Positions 35,612 to 47,714 of a stretch of DNA of 64,000 nucleotides are shown piece by piece. The number at the start of each line of letters is the position of its first letter. Within the stretch, counting starts at the first letter, position 1. This DNA is from Marsupella aquatica (taxonomy: Eukaryota > Plantae > Marchantiophyta): NCBI GenBank assembly GCA_973895155.1, contig OZ316899.1, positions 9,236,287-9,300,286 on the forward strand. Direction: 5' to 3'. The position numbers and the translations under genes were made by a program. The notes under the pieces are model-generated. The model searched no databases and was not told the DNA's origin. It worked only from the letters and a program-made list of their open reading frames with translations.

Positions 35612-38600
35612 ATGTTGCACACGATCCTCTCCAGTTCGGCCATTCGATTCTGGACGCAGTTCCTATCTACCGAAAGACACTTGGCCGACTCATTGAAACA
35701 CGCCAACCCGCGCCGATATAAAATCAAACGCGAGTACGAGAGAGCCATCCGCCTAGCAGGACGACACCACTACATCCTTAACTTTGACTACCCGTCTCAG
35801 AGCGAGCTTTACCGACCAGCAGAGGTATCTGGGTACTTCTTCAACGGAGACAAATATATCGGTTTTTGGGAAGCATTGCTTCGACTTCCGGACGAGGTCT
35901 TCAATATCTCGGGTACGATCGACTTGCAACGACATCACTTTGACCACATCCCTGCTCAGGTTTGGGCTATCATCAACAGCGAGTCCAACGCTACCCGTTC
36001 AACAAGGTCGTTCGCACTTGCTTCGGAGAACTTCTACCAGCACCTGCAGAGCTTCATGGGAACTAGACCCGCAACCGCCGGCGCCAGCCCAATGGACCCC
36101 ATACTCGTACCCGCACCAATGCAGACTCAGACTCAGGCTCAGGCTCAGCTTCAGTCTCAGTCTCGGTCTCGGCCTCAGCCTAGCCAACCCCCACCACCGA
36201 TCGCCCCGCCAGCCCTACAAGTACGCTCCGTCATCAACGCTATGGACCTTAGCGACGACGACAAGGCTACCCCACCCTTGCTCAGGCGGCCCAGAGGAGC
36301 AAACACTCAGGGGGCCAACACTACATCGTCCCCTCCCCATGCTCGGACCCAAGGAGCGGCTCCAGCAGACAACACGGTGACCGTGGCCGCCCCGGGACCA
36401 ATACTAACAGCGGTAGCACTACCTATGCCCGATCGAGAGGATGGGAAGGTGTCACCTTCCCCAAGCCAGTCATGGGGGAAGAAGAGGAAGGAACCCGCCA
36501 CTGCATCCGGGTTACCATTGGCCACGGTAGCCGTGGCCAAGGTGACAATGCACCGCATGGGGTAAAACGTGCATAAGAACATCCTCCATCCCAAGCATGC
36601 GGTGTACCTGAAGACTTAGGGATTCGAGCACCTCGCCTCTCTCCCCTGGAACACTTGCAGGTACTATAGGGAGGACATGACGGAATTCGTCAAGAATTAC
36701 AATGACGCACGTCAACATACTCGGCTGCGGGGAAGGAATATGTCCCTCACGGAAGAACGACTCAAGATGATCTTCGGATTACCCGAAGGTGACCATCGAG
36801 TCGAATCACGGGCTCCCGGGGGCAAGGGAGCCAAGTACCAATCCTCGAGGTTTCCCTCAGAGGGAGCAGTGGACAACGGGTTCGTGATGAGGACCTGCCT
36901 CATCCCCGAGATAGCTGAGCGATTGGAGTTCCAAAGGTACGCCCTCCACATGATGGAACCCCGGGGGGAGATCTCCGCCGCCCAGGTTATCCAGGTCGAG
37001 AACTATCGACCTAGGAAGTGGGCGTCGTACTTCGCTAAGAAATTCCATGAAGAGATGGAGCGGCGAAGGAAGACGCTGTACATTGGTGGGAAGGCGTACT
37101 TCGCTAGCCACATCGAGATCATTCTTGAGTGGTACGCTCGGTTTGATTGACGAATCCTTCCTCGTGTCAATGTTACAAAGCTGGTCCCAACTAGGTGGGT
37201 TTTCCCGGCCTTGGAGAGACGGCCCCAACCCGAGGCCCGAAGTCCAGCGGACACGCAAGCTTCACCCACCCCACCCCCACAAGTAGTTGTAGTCGTAACC
37301 GAGGAGGTACCGGATGGGTCGGTTATCGCAACCGTAGATGCGATCCAACAGGCTGGGCTAAGTACAAAAGTTGGTACAGCGGAGGTCTTACTCGAGCCCG
37401 GGTCTCCCAAAGACCCACCGGTGGCTATTCCAGAGAACCGGACATTGCTGCAAGAGGACACTCCAGCCCCTTCCAACATTACGTCCCCAAGGCTGGATGT
37501 CACTGCCCCGGCCCCCGCGCGTGTTGACGTCTGCCCGTGCCCAACTCCGGACAGGCACAACCTGGACCACCTGGAACTCTTCGTACAGGGTACATTTCTG
37601 AACGGGCTTCTGGGAGATTTCTCTCATCAAATTGCCCGGGATACCGGGGAGTTCATGGCCCGGAAGGTAGTCTATTTCTTCAATCAGGAGTTAGTTGCCG
37701 CAGTAAAGGCAGGTCGGGCCCAATCAGAGGCCCTTCAAAGGATAGAGCGGTACCGGGTGGAGTCCGTATATTTAAAGAACAAAGTTGCGGCTCAAGAGGT
37801 TGAGCTTCTGCAACTACGACCCAAAGTTGCAGCCGCCGATGATTTGTTAGCAAAGGCGCACGCCCTTACCACCCTAGCCGAGCAGGCCAAAGCTGGGAAC
37901 GAGGCCGAGATTGCACGACTCCGGAACCAGATTGACAGTTTGAAGAATCAAACTGTCATCTGGCAGAAGGACCTGGAGGAGGCCGAAGAACGGGCCCAGC
38001 GGGACACTGCGGAGATAGCCACGCTACAGGCCGAAGTGGCACGGCTCCAAACCGAAGCCGAGAAGCAGGACCAGCTGGCGGGCAAGCTGACGAGCGACGC
38101 CCAGCAGCTGGAGGAGGCATGCCAGGAGGCAGCGGAGGAGACAGATGCGGCGAAGCGAGAGAACGAATCTCTGCTGGACCAGGTGTGACGCCAATGACAT
38201 GGTCCTTATTTTGTAATCTGATTAAGTAGGTTGTTGTATGCAAGGAGTAGCGATTGATATTGCATAACAATTAGCAAGATGGCAAGAATAAGGGCAATCA
38301 TGGCGTTAAGAGTAGGGAAATAAAAGCTATGTCGCGGGTGGTCAACGACCATCTCTTTCAATATGTCACCAAATCCGGATCTGTAAAGAGCATTGGAAAG
38401 ATCTGGTCAAGGCGAGTAAAATCGATATAAAACACTCGAGAAACGGAGGTGTATTAAGGAAGATACGGCTGATTAGTGTGACGGGTTAACTTGTGGCCGG
38501 AATTAGCGGGTTCGGCTTCAGTTTCGGGTTAACCCAAGCTCGACCACGGCTTAGCTTATGTGAGCACGGCTTCAGCTTATCTTAGGTAAGCACGGCTTCA

Positions 38601-40684
38601 GCTTATCTCAGGTCAGCACTGCTTCAGCTTAGCTCAGGTCAGCACGGCTTCAGCTTAGCTCAGGTCAGCGCGGCCTCAGGTTAGCATAGGTAAACTCGGG
38701 TTCGGGCTCAGCTTAGGCTAGGTTAGCGGATAGCGGATAGCGGATAGCGGGTAGCGGCCTAACCCGAGACCACGGGTTAGCTCTACTCGGGTTAGATAGG
38801 ATAGCTAGGTTAGCCGAACTCGGGTTAGCTATGTAACTCGGGTTAGCGTAGCAGTGAGTACCCTCTCTCGGTTGCGGGGGCATAATTCTCTGTGTATTTG
38901 ACCAAATCGGCTATAATTGACCTCGTTGGAAAGAGGAGCTCAAGCCGCTTCCAACGCTGCTATCCACGCAGAAAATGGTTGAATAGAGAAATCGGGAGAG
39001 GAGGCGCAAGCTCGCAAAAACCATGGAGGAGGGCCGAATCCGAAGTACATAGCCAATTCGAGATAGAAATAAAGTTGCGAGTTAGGGTTCAGTAGTTAGA
39101 GATAGTGGCGGCTCTGTTAGGGCTGGGATGGGGCTCCAGCAGCGTAGTATCCACCCATTTGGGCTCAGTATGAGAGTATATAGAGCAGCCCCCGGTAGAG
39201 GCAGGGGGGGAACTTCAGTTGTGTGATCTCACTTAGACTGAGCAGCAGGGAGGAGCTCTGTGCAAGCAAGGCTGGACTTGGACGCTGCATGTTGGGGAGA
39301 GCTTGGTTGTGCTATTACTCAGGGAGTAATCAGCCAAGCTTCTCAGCAACGGGTTGCTAGGTTTGCGAGCTGGATTGTGGCTCTTTCTAGTGGGCAACAC
39401 AACTGGGTTCTTTTCCCCCGATACAGAGCCTTGGTGAAGGTGATGTGTTGGTGATTGTAAACTGTGGGGAGGATTTCAATGTGATTTGTGGTGAGCACAT
39501 TAGGGAGGCTGAGATACTGATTGAGGGGCAGCAGGAGGAGCATTTATAGTTTAGTCTGGCAAGGCTACGTGATCCATGGGGAGTCCCGGCCTTTGTTTGG
39601 TGGAGAGCACTAAGGGATTTATGGCCAGGGCTGAGCTTGCAGGGCAAGCATGAGGCCGGGCCTCATTGTAGTCTGGGGTAGATCACCGTTAGGCCTGGTA
39701 CCAGCTTTGAAGTCGAGTCAACTGTGCATGCGTACTTGACATTCTGAAATGGAGGTGTGAGATCTGTACGTGCCCCCAAGAATGAAGTGCAGTGAAGGAG
39801 GTTGAGTTCAGGATTGAGTTTGCAAGGCAAGTACGGGATTGGTTCGAGTCCAATCTGCCGTCGCAATCTAGAGTGAGTCGGGCTTAGGTTCAGGATTGAG
39901 CTTGCATGGCAAGCACGGGGCTTGCAGGGCAAGCACGTCGCAATCTGGAGGAGACAGCCTTCGGGCCTAGTGTTCGGATCAAGTGTTCTCAGTGAACTAT
40001 TGTGCACATCGTTGAATCTAATTGAGTTTCCTTCTCAGGCCTCATTTCTCTCATGGATGTGTGTGTGTGTGAGGCAATCTGAGTGTATGATGGGACTAGC
40101 AGCGCCACTGAGAGGTGTACAGGGTGCATTGAAGCGGGCTGGGTGAGGACTGTCATAGCTCTGATTGCTGAGAGTGGAATGGCAGAGTGGTGGGGCAATG
40201 GCTTAGAAGTCCCTAAGCCGGGAATCAGTGAGGAGTCACTGGTTTATGGGTACATTCCGGCGGCGGAATAGAAATATACCTATGACAGTAAGCATACGTA
40301 CAGACATATGCGCACCGTAGCGCTAGGCCCTGTGTGTACGGGCCCGATATGAAGACCCCTTATCACCAGAACTATCATGAGCACGGATCTGATTCCCAAC
40401 CTTGGTTCTTAGGGATTGAGCTTGGGTGATGTGTGACGGAGTCTTGTTATGATAGTCTGGTGTTAAGGGTATAAATTGGTGTTTACCAGCCTTCACAGCA
40501 TCCCTTCGTGATCCTCAGGTACAAGGAGATGGTTTTGGCACCCATAGTGACGTCTTTGGTGTTAAGACCCATGTCAATCGTGTGACACCAGGTCCAGCTC
40601 CTCAAGGCGGACAACGATAGACTTCGTAAGCAGCGGGATGGCTGCTCCCACTCGGGCGGCTCTGGCAAGCGTGCCAGGCATTAG
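35612..40684 (+). pseudogene. LTR-encoded accessory protein (5' LTR copy), split by the solo LTR
   Basis: ORFs starting at 35612, 36677 and 37211 share one frame. LLDQ|VQLLK rejoins across the insertion. Confidence 0.8.
38184..40587 (+). mobile_element. Solo LTR (2404 bp, LTR family A) with CCAGG TSD
   Basis: TGTGAC...GTGACA termini. CCAGG at 38179-38183 and 40588-40592. Confidence 0.94.
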
Positions 40685-41591
40685 CGGCGGAGTAGGAATA
40701 GAATAGGGTTAGGAGTAGCTAAGTCAGGCTATTGGGACAGGCACCTACCTTAGTTACCGCAGCACTGCCATGCTATCCAGCCTGCGTAGATTAGGATCTT
40801 CTAATAAGACACAGCCATTTTTTGGCCTGACGGTCAGATTAGTTAGGACCTAAGTCAGCGAATCTTCGGGCGGGAGGACACTCCGTTCCCCGACACTTAG
40901 TATTTAGTGCACCCCTCGGTAGAGGCAGGGGGTTTTTAGTCTCAGAGTTGGACATCCGTGGTATGCGCGGGGAGTCCCGACCTCTGAGAGTGGAAGAGTA
41001 CCAAGGGGAGGGAGTGGGACTAAGCTCGCCGGGCGAGTGCGGAGCCGGGCTCCGTTGTAGTGTACTCCCTCGGCCTTGAACCTGTTCATTCCGGAGCTGT
41101 CGGGTCAACCAAGTGTACGCATATGTCCCCTATGTAGTAAAATCCTTTCCCTAATTTCCTTCGTGTAAATCGAGATTGTATGCTTGTGCACGTGTATGTG
41201 TGTGTGAATCTTGTGTATAGGTGACAACGCCGGGCCGAACGCACTACCCGAGTCGTGCATGGGGTGCAGCTTGCGGGTATGTGGTTGCCAGCACGGGTTG
41301 AGGACCTATATCATTGAAACCGGATCAAAGGCGGATAACACGAAGGCTTAGAAGTCCTTAAGCCGGGGTCGATCCTGTTATCGACTAAGGTACGTTCCGG
41401 TGGCGGAACACAAACCATACCTAGGAGATGTCCGTATCTAACAGTAGGCGCACTTAGCGCTAGTTTATGTGAATTAGGTGCATTACGTTCTTCCCTCCCT
41501 GCCCGAACCCTCATATTTACAAAGGATGTGCCCGTTTAAGCTAAAGCCCGAGTTAAGGTCAAGGCTGATGACGTGACATAGCCTTTGTTTT

Positions 41592-41609
41592 TGGCGCTAG
41601 ATGGAGGGG
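41592..41609 (+). promoter_or_regulatory. PBS TGGCGCTAGATGGAGGGG (tRNA-Asn-like)
   Basis: The reverse complement CCCCTCCATCTAGCGCCA resembles the plant tRNA-Asn 3' end. The identical PBS occurs at 60556. Confidence 0.75.
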
Positions 41610-41702
41610 GCACTCTACATATCGTAGAGGGGAGACAGGTGCGTATTCGCCTGGGCAGAATACACCAGGCCCTAGTACTAACCATCGCATTTACATGACT
41701 AA

Positions 41703-44700
41703 ATGCCCGTCACTCATTCTCAAGCAGCTTACTTGAGGAGATTGACCAGCGAACGAGAAGGTGCAACGACAACAAGCTCCAATTCTTCGGGCTCGGAGGA
41801 CTCGCAATCGCCCCGACGAATGAACATACCACCAGGACCTTCGGGGTCCGGTTCGACCGGTCCTACTGCGGTTCCTGTGCCACCACCGCCACCACCGCCA
41901 CCACCACCACCACCTATGGCAGCCGCCCCACCGATGGCCCGCGCTGCCCAAGCTCCTCCACAAATATCGCAACAATTGTGGTTTCATTATCGACCTTTCA
42001 AAGGGCGTCATGGGGATGATCCGGATGAATGATTCGATGAGTTTGAAGCCACTGCTAAGGCTAACGGGGAAGACGCCATTAAGTTAACCGTCCTCCCCGA
42101 AGTGATGCAGGGAGAAGCTCGTCCATGGTACAACTCGCTGCCACCCGGGACTACATGGGCACAATTCCAAGCTGCATTGCTGCAAGAATTTTGTGCTATT
42201 GGATCCGAGCAGCGCTCTCTATTAAAGATCGGCCAGCTTCGCATGGGAAAAAAGGAGTCCCTACGGAAGTTCATTCAGAAGTTTCAGAAACTTGCTGCCA
42301 AAATACGGCCCAGGCCTAGTGACGCACTCCAGCTTACATGGTTCCTCCATGGTTTGCCCACGAATATGCAATTCTGGGTGCGCCAGAATAATCCAATTTC
42401 AATGCAAGCAGCCATAGCGTGCGCCGAAACCTACTGGGAGTCCACCTATAACTCCCGGCGAAGCCAGCGGGCACACCGCAAGAAGGGCAAGTACGAGACC
42501 TTAAGTGACAGTGACTCCGAATCAGACGACGAGAAGAAGAAGAAATGCAAGAAGAAGAAGAAACATCGTTCAACCTCGTCCAGTTCGGAGACTGAATCTA
42601 GTTCGGATTCAACTTTGAACAGCGGGTCCTCCACCTCCAGCTCATCAGAAAGTGATTCGGAGAGTGAGAGCCGGAGCAAGAAGAAGAAAAGGCTGGTTAA
42701 GAAGGAGGGGAAAATCAAATCTCGTACTCGCAGAACGATACCCGATCCAAAGGCTGCCGAAGCAGACAAGCTTAACGAAATCACGGATTGCCTCAAAGCA
42801 CTATCAGTACATCTCGCGGAAAAGCCGGTGGAGAAGAAGAAACCATCTGAGATTTGAGCCCATGCGTGGTGTTCAAAGTGCTTCCAATCCGGGCATGTCG
42901 TGCAAGAATGCCCAAGATGGAAGAACCGAGTTCACTAGGTGGACTTAGATGATGTCGACAACCCGGGACCTGAAGCGGAGTCCACGGAGTATTTCTTTGA
43001 AGACCCTCCTGATTCGGTGTATCAGATTTCAACGGTGGGCCCGCGTAACTTAGCAGGTAGAACTGCATACCCCTACCCAAACAATGGCCGAGGCTTCCAA
43101 GTTATCAGTAACCCTAGCATTCCTCCTAAACCAGGGATTTGGCGATCCCCGGTTTGTTACAACTGTGAGAAGCCCGACCATTTTGCGAGGGAATGCACAG
43201 AACCAAGACGCCAGGGGGATGGCCGTGGCACGCCACTTTGTCAAGTCTGCAAAACGGAAGCTCATTCCACGGCCAACTGTCCATTGGTAATGGCCGCTCA
43301 AACAAATGCAGCAAGACCAGCCCAGGGCGGACCGGCCACGAGTGATGCGGTCGTCCAAATGATTGCGGTGGAATGGCAAGATGACAACACTGAGTGGGTG
43401 AATCTGGTGGATGTGGCGGAACACCCTAATCCATCTGACGAGGCTGAGTGCTATCGTGTGTCAACAAGAGCCGAACGGAAGGAAGAGAAGCAGGAGGAGA
43501 AACGCAGGAAAAAGCAAGATACTACTCTGGTGCAGCCAGCGATAGATATACCCCCGGAGAAGGATGATGACTACCGACGGGACGACCCGAAGCTATTTTT
43601 CCCCCGCATCGAAGAATTGGTAAAGAAACAGCTGGAGGCCTACGAAGCTCGGGAATACCATAAGGCAATCGATAAGGACATCAAAGCAGCCGAGACCGCC
43701 CAGCGACAGGAGCAAGAAAAGCAAGATAAGCAAGAGGAAGCCAAGCAGCAGCCGAAGGAAGAAAAGAAGGAGGACTATGATATTAAGGAAGATGTGAAGA
43801 GTTGCCCGGTTACAGCAACGGTAGGAAAACTGCTGCAAAACAATCCACAATACAGACGGCAACTGAGGGAGTTGCTTACGGGTTGACGACGGAGATGACT
43901 ACCCCGAGTTGGGATTGAGGATTGCAACATGATATGCAAAGACCTGGGAGCGCCGGACATCTCGATTGAACCATATAATTGTACCATCAAGATGGTTCTC
44001 GTAGACGGAGGAGCGGGAGTCAACATCATGACTGAAGAAACGTCAGTCAAGTTAGGATACCTCACGTATCAACCCACAGCCCGAGCTATCAGATTAGCAA
44101 ACGGGGCAAGGGTACTTCCATTGGGCACGCTTACACGGGTACTCACTCTAGTAGGAGGGGTGGAGTTCTATCTCAACTTCCTAGTCATGAGGCCGGTTCG
44201 GCCCTCCTCTTATCTGGTCCTCCTAGGCAGACCGTGGCTGTACGGTGGCCGTGTGGTCACGGATTGGGGAAAGAAGGAGCTACGGTTTGGGACACCCACA
44301 GTACGGGTATCATGGGCAATGGACGATTATTAGGGCAAAACCCCACAGGGACCCGAGGAATATGATTCGGAGACCTCGGAGGAAGAGGAACTCAACATGA
44401 TTGAACTCATCTCGTCCCTGTTCGAGGAAGATGTCTTCGGAGTTGAGGCGACCCGCAAAACACATCTCCTGAATTACCCGAAGGCTGCTATTGAGCCCAC
44501 CCCGAGCACCTCAACTGCTCGGGATGAGGAAACGCAAAAATGACTCATCGATACAGAGGACACGGCTCCAGCTAAGCAGGGAGCCGATGTTGCTTCTACC
44601 AGAGCAGAGCCTCGTGACCACGAACCAGCCAAACAACCGCCCGAGGCCGAAAACCCGAGACCGAGACATAAGAAATGAGTCTCCTGGGATCCGTCCATCC

Positions 44701-47700
44701 CGCAGTTGGAGGAAGTAACTCCAATCCCGAGACCAATCCCGGTTCCACCCATGTACGGAGGAGTTCGGTTAGCTGAACTTGATGCGAGCCTGGACCTGAG
44801 TTTGCGGAACCAGGTTGAAGTCATCAGGAAGGAGCACTACCGGAAGTACACCATTGGGATGGATAAATCGTTTAACCTGGGCCACGCTCTGACGGGGGAG
44901 GCGGAAAAATCTATCCAAGCTCTGCTCAAGGAATATGAAGATGTGCTTGCATGGAGTCATCACGATTTAACAGGAGTCTCCCCCGAGTTAGGAGAACACA
45001 CGATCGATTTGAATCTGGGGGCCCATGCAGTACGGCAGCGACAACGTCACATGAACCCGAGGTACTCCATCTTAGTGAAGGAGGAAATTGATCGTCTCCT
45101 CGCCGCAGACATCATCTACCCGGTAATGGCCAGCGACTGGGTCTCTCCCATCGTCATTGTACCAAAAAAGGGAGGAACGGACGGAAAACCTAAGATCCGG
45201 ATTTGTCAGGACTATCGTAAGCTGAACGACGCGACCCGAAAAGACCATTACCCATTACCATTCACGGATATGGTTCTAGATATGGTAGCCCGAAATGAAA
45301 TTTATACATTCCTTGACGGGTATTCGGGTTATAACCAAATCTGGATTCGCCTCTTGGATCAGCTCAAAACAACGTTCACTACGGAATGGAGGACTTTCGC
45401 ATTTCGGAGGATGCCGTTCGGACTGTGTAACGCTCCGGCCATGTTTCAGCGACTCATGATGAATATCTTCCATGATTTCCTACGGGAATTTATGGAGATA
45501 TTTATCGACGACTTCGCCATCTTTGGAACTGTCGCCATGCACCCCGAACACCTAAGACGTACGTTGCAACGATGCCGAGAGGTTAACCTCAAACTACATC
45601 CCGCTAAATGCTTTTTCGGGGTAGAGGAGGGAGTGTTACTCGGGCATCGTGTGTCCAAACGGGGTATCAAGGTGGACCAAGAGAAGGTCGCGGCCTGGAT
45701 GGCGGTGGTGTTCCCCGTAGATCAAAAAGCGGTACGATCCTTCTTGGGCTGTGTAGGGTATTACCGTCCGTTCATTAAAGACTTTGCTAAAATAGCGTTG
45801 CCCTTGACTGAGATGATGAAAAAGGATGCGGTGATCGAGGAGACACCCAGGAGACGGATTGCTTTCGAAGAACTCCGTAAAAGACTCACCACCGCACCTA
45901 TCATGGTCACTCCGGACTGGAATAAGGAGTTCCACGTGTATGTCGATGTGTCAGGGTTCTGTATTGGATCCGTGCTCAATCAGCTTGATGAGGACGGACG
46001 CGACCACCCCATCTACTTTGCTAGCCGTCAATTATTCACAGCCGAAAAGAATTATTCCCCCATTGATCGAGAAGCTCTGGGAATAATCTACTCGTGTAAA
46101 AAGTTCCGACACTATCTGCTAGGCTACAAGGTCATATTCCACACAGATCATGATAGCCTGAAGTACATGGTCAACAAAGCGGACTTGACTGGACGGATAG
46201 CCTGGTGGGTGCTACTTCTCCAGGAATTTAACTACGAAGTTCGGGTTCGGCCCGGAAAAGCACACCTCAATGCCGACTTCTTTTCAAGGCTGGACGGCGT
46301 ACCAGTCGATCAGCCAATTGATGATATTTTTCCGGATGAGGAGTTGTTCCACGTAGGGGCGGGTACGCCAACCTGGTACGGCTCAATAATCACCTTCCTC
46401 TTAACAGGCCACATCCCTGACGGCATCAATCAGGAAGCCGCCGTTGTGTTTCTACGGAAAGCCGGGCCTTACGTTATGGTGCAGGGTCACCTACATAAGG
46501 AAGGAGTTAATGGGAAGTTACGACGCTGCTTGGAGTATAAGGAGACGCTTATCGTGATGCGGGCCTTGCATGAAGAAGAAGTTGGAGGCCATTTCGCGGC
46601 TATCACGACGGCCCGAAAGATTCTGGACTCAGGGTATTGGTGGCCTACGTTGCATCGGGATATACAACGCTTCATCAAGGGCTGTGACCTGTGTCAGCGG
46701 GCTGGGGCCCCAAGACGAGCTCATCATCACCCTCTTACGTCCGTGCTTCCATTAGCACCGTTCAAAAAGTGAGGTATTGATTATATCGGGCCATTTACTC
46801 CCGTTACCCAAAGATGAAGATGCAAGTACATCCTGCTAGCTATTGATTACTCCACCAAGTGGGTCGAAGCACGGGCTATGATGAAGGACGACGCCGCAAC
46901 CAGCGCCAGGTTCTTATATGAACAGATTTTCACCCGGTTCGGACCACCCTTAGAGTTGGTAAGCGGCCGTGGAACACACTTCCTCAATGACACTGTAGCC
47001 CAGCTTACGGAGCGTTACCTAGTCAAGCACCGCAAGACTACCCCGTATCATCCTAAAGCCAACGGGATGACAGAGAGAGCAAATGGTATCATTGGGAAGA
47101 TCCTCAACAAAATTGTAGCTGCGCACAAAACGGATTGGGATGATAAGTTGTACGCAGCGGTGTACTCGTATAATCTAGCTTACAAAACTACTACGAGTCA
47201 CAGCCCATACTTTCTCGTGTTCGGCCAACATTCGTTGGTGCCCGTCGAGTTTGAAGTACACACTCCACGGGTCAGCATGCGGGATCGCTTACCCGAATCT
47301 GAAAGTTTGTCAGACCGATCTTATCAGATTGAAGCCTTAGAAGAGGCACGGCTACTAGCAGCTCGACACGCCATAATGAAGCAGGCAACTTCCAAGAAAT
47401 AGCACGACAAAGGACTACGGAAGGCCGACGTCGTGACAGGCGATCTAGTCCTTCTGTACGATAGTAGGTACATGCAATTTCCAGGGAAGCTTCATACCCA
47501 TTGGTTAGGGCCCTTCCTAGTCAATCAGATCTACCCTAATGGATCTTTGGAGCTTGCGACGTACGCCGGCAATTTACTCCCCATGCGAGTCAGTTACGAT
47601 CGTGTAAAGAAGTACCACCATCAAGACGACGATGCCGAGAGTGATGTTCGCGAGGACGCTTCACAGTTAAGCAGGGAGCTATGTGACGCCGCCGGTACGG

Positions 47701-47714
47701 CGAGTAATGAGTAA
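41703..47714 (+). pseudogene. gag-pol: gypsy gag-pol in a single reading frame (Gag, CCHC knuckles, protease, RT, RNaseH, integrase) broken only by in-frame stops
   Basis: CYNCEKPDHFAREC, VLVDGGAGVN, FLDGYSGYNQI, FIDDF, HPIYFASR and GGHF..CDLCQ. All ORF pieces are in the same frame. Confidence 0.95.

Larger units (their letters stand above)
35143..41578 (+). repeat. 5' LTR of gypsy family B (interrupted at 38184-40592)
   Basis: TGTGACG...CGTGACA termini; near-identical to 47682-51708. Confidence 0.95.

Noticed and set aside
40200-40283. AGAA/GTC, GTACATT and AGAAA as a hairpin ribozyme
   Set aside because: No helix separates the loop A strands, and the loop B bases are not conserved in families B and C. 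Kept only as an unassigned structured motif.
41566-41572. CTGATGA as a hammerhead ribozyme core (retrozyme-like)
   Set aside because: No correctly placed GAAA or three-helix junction could be built.
46330-46560. Tat/Ogre assignment for gypsy B
   Set aside because: No additional archaeal-type RNase H domain is visible between RNaseH and integrase, so it is left as non-chromovirus gypsy.
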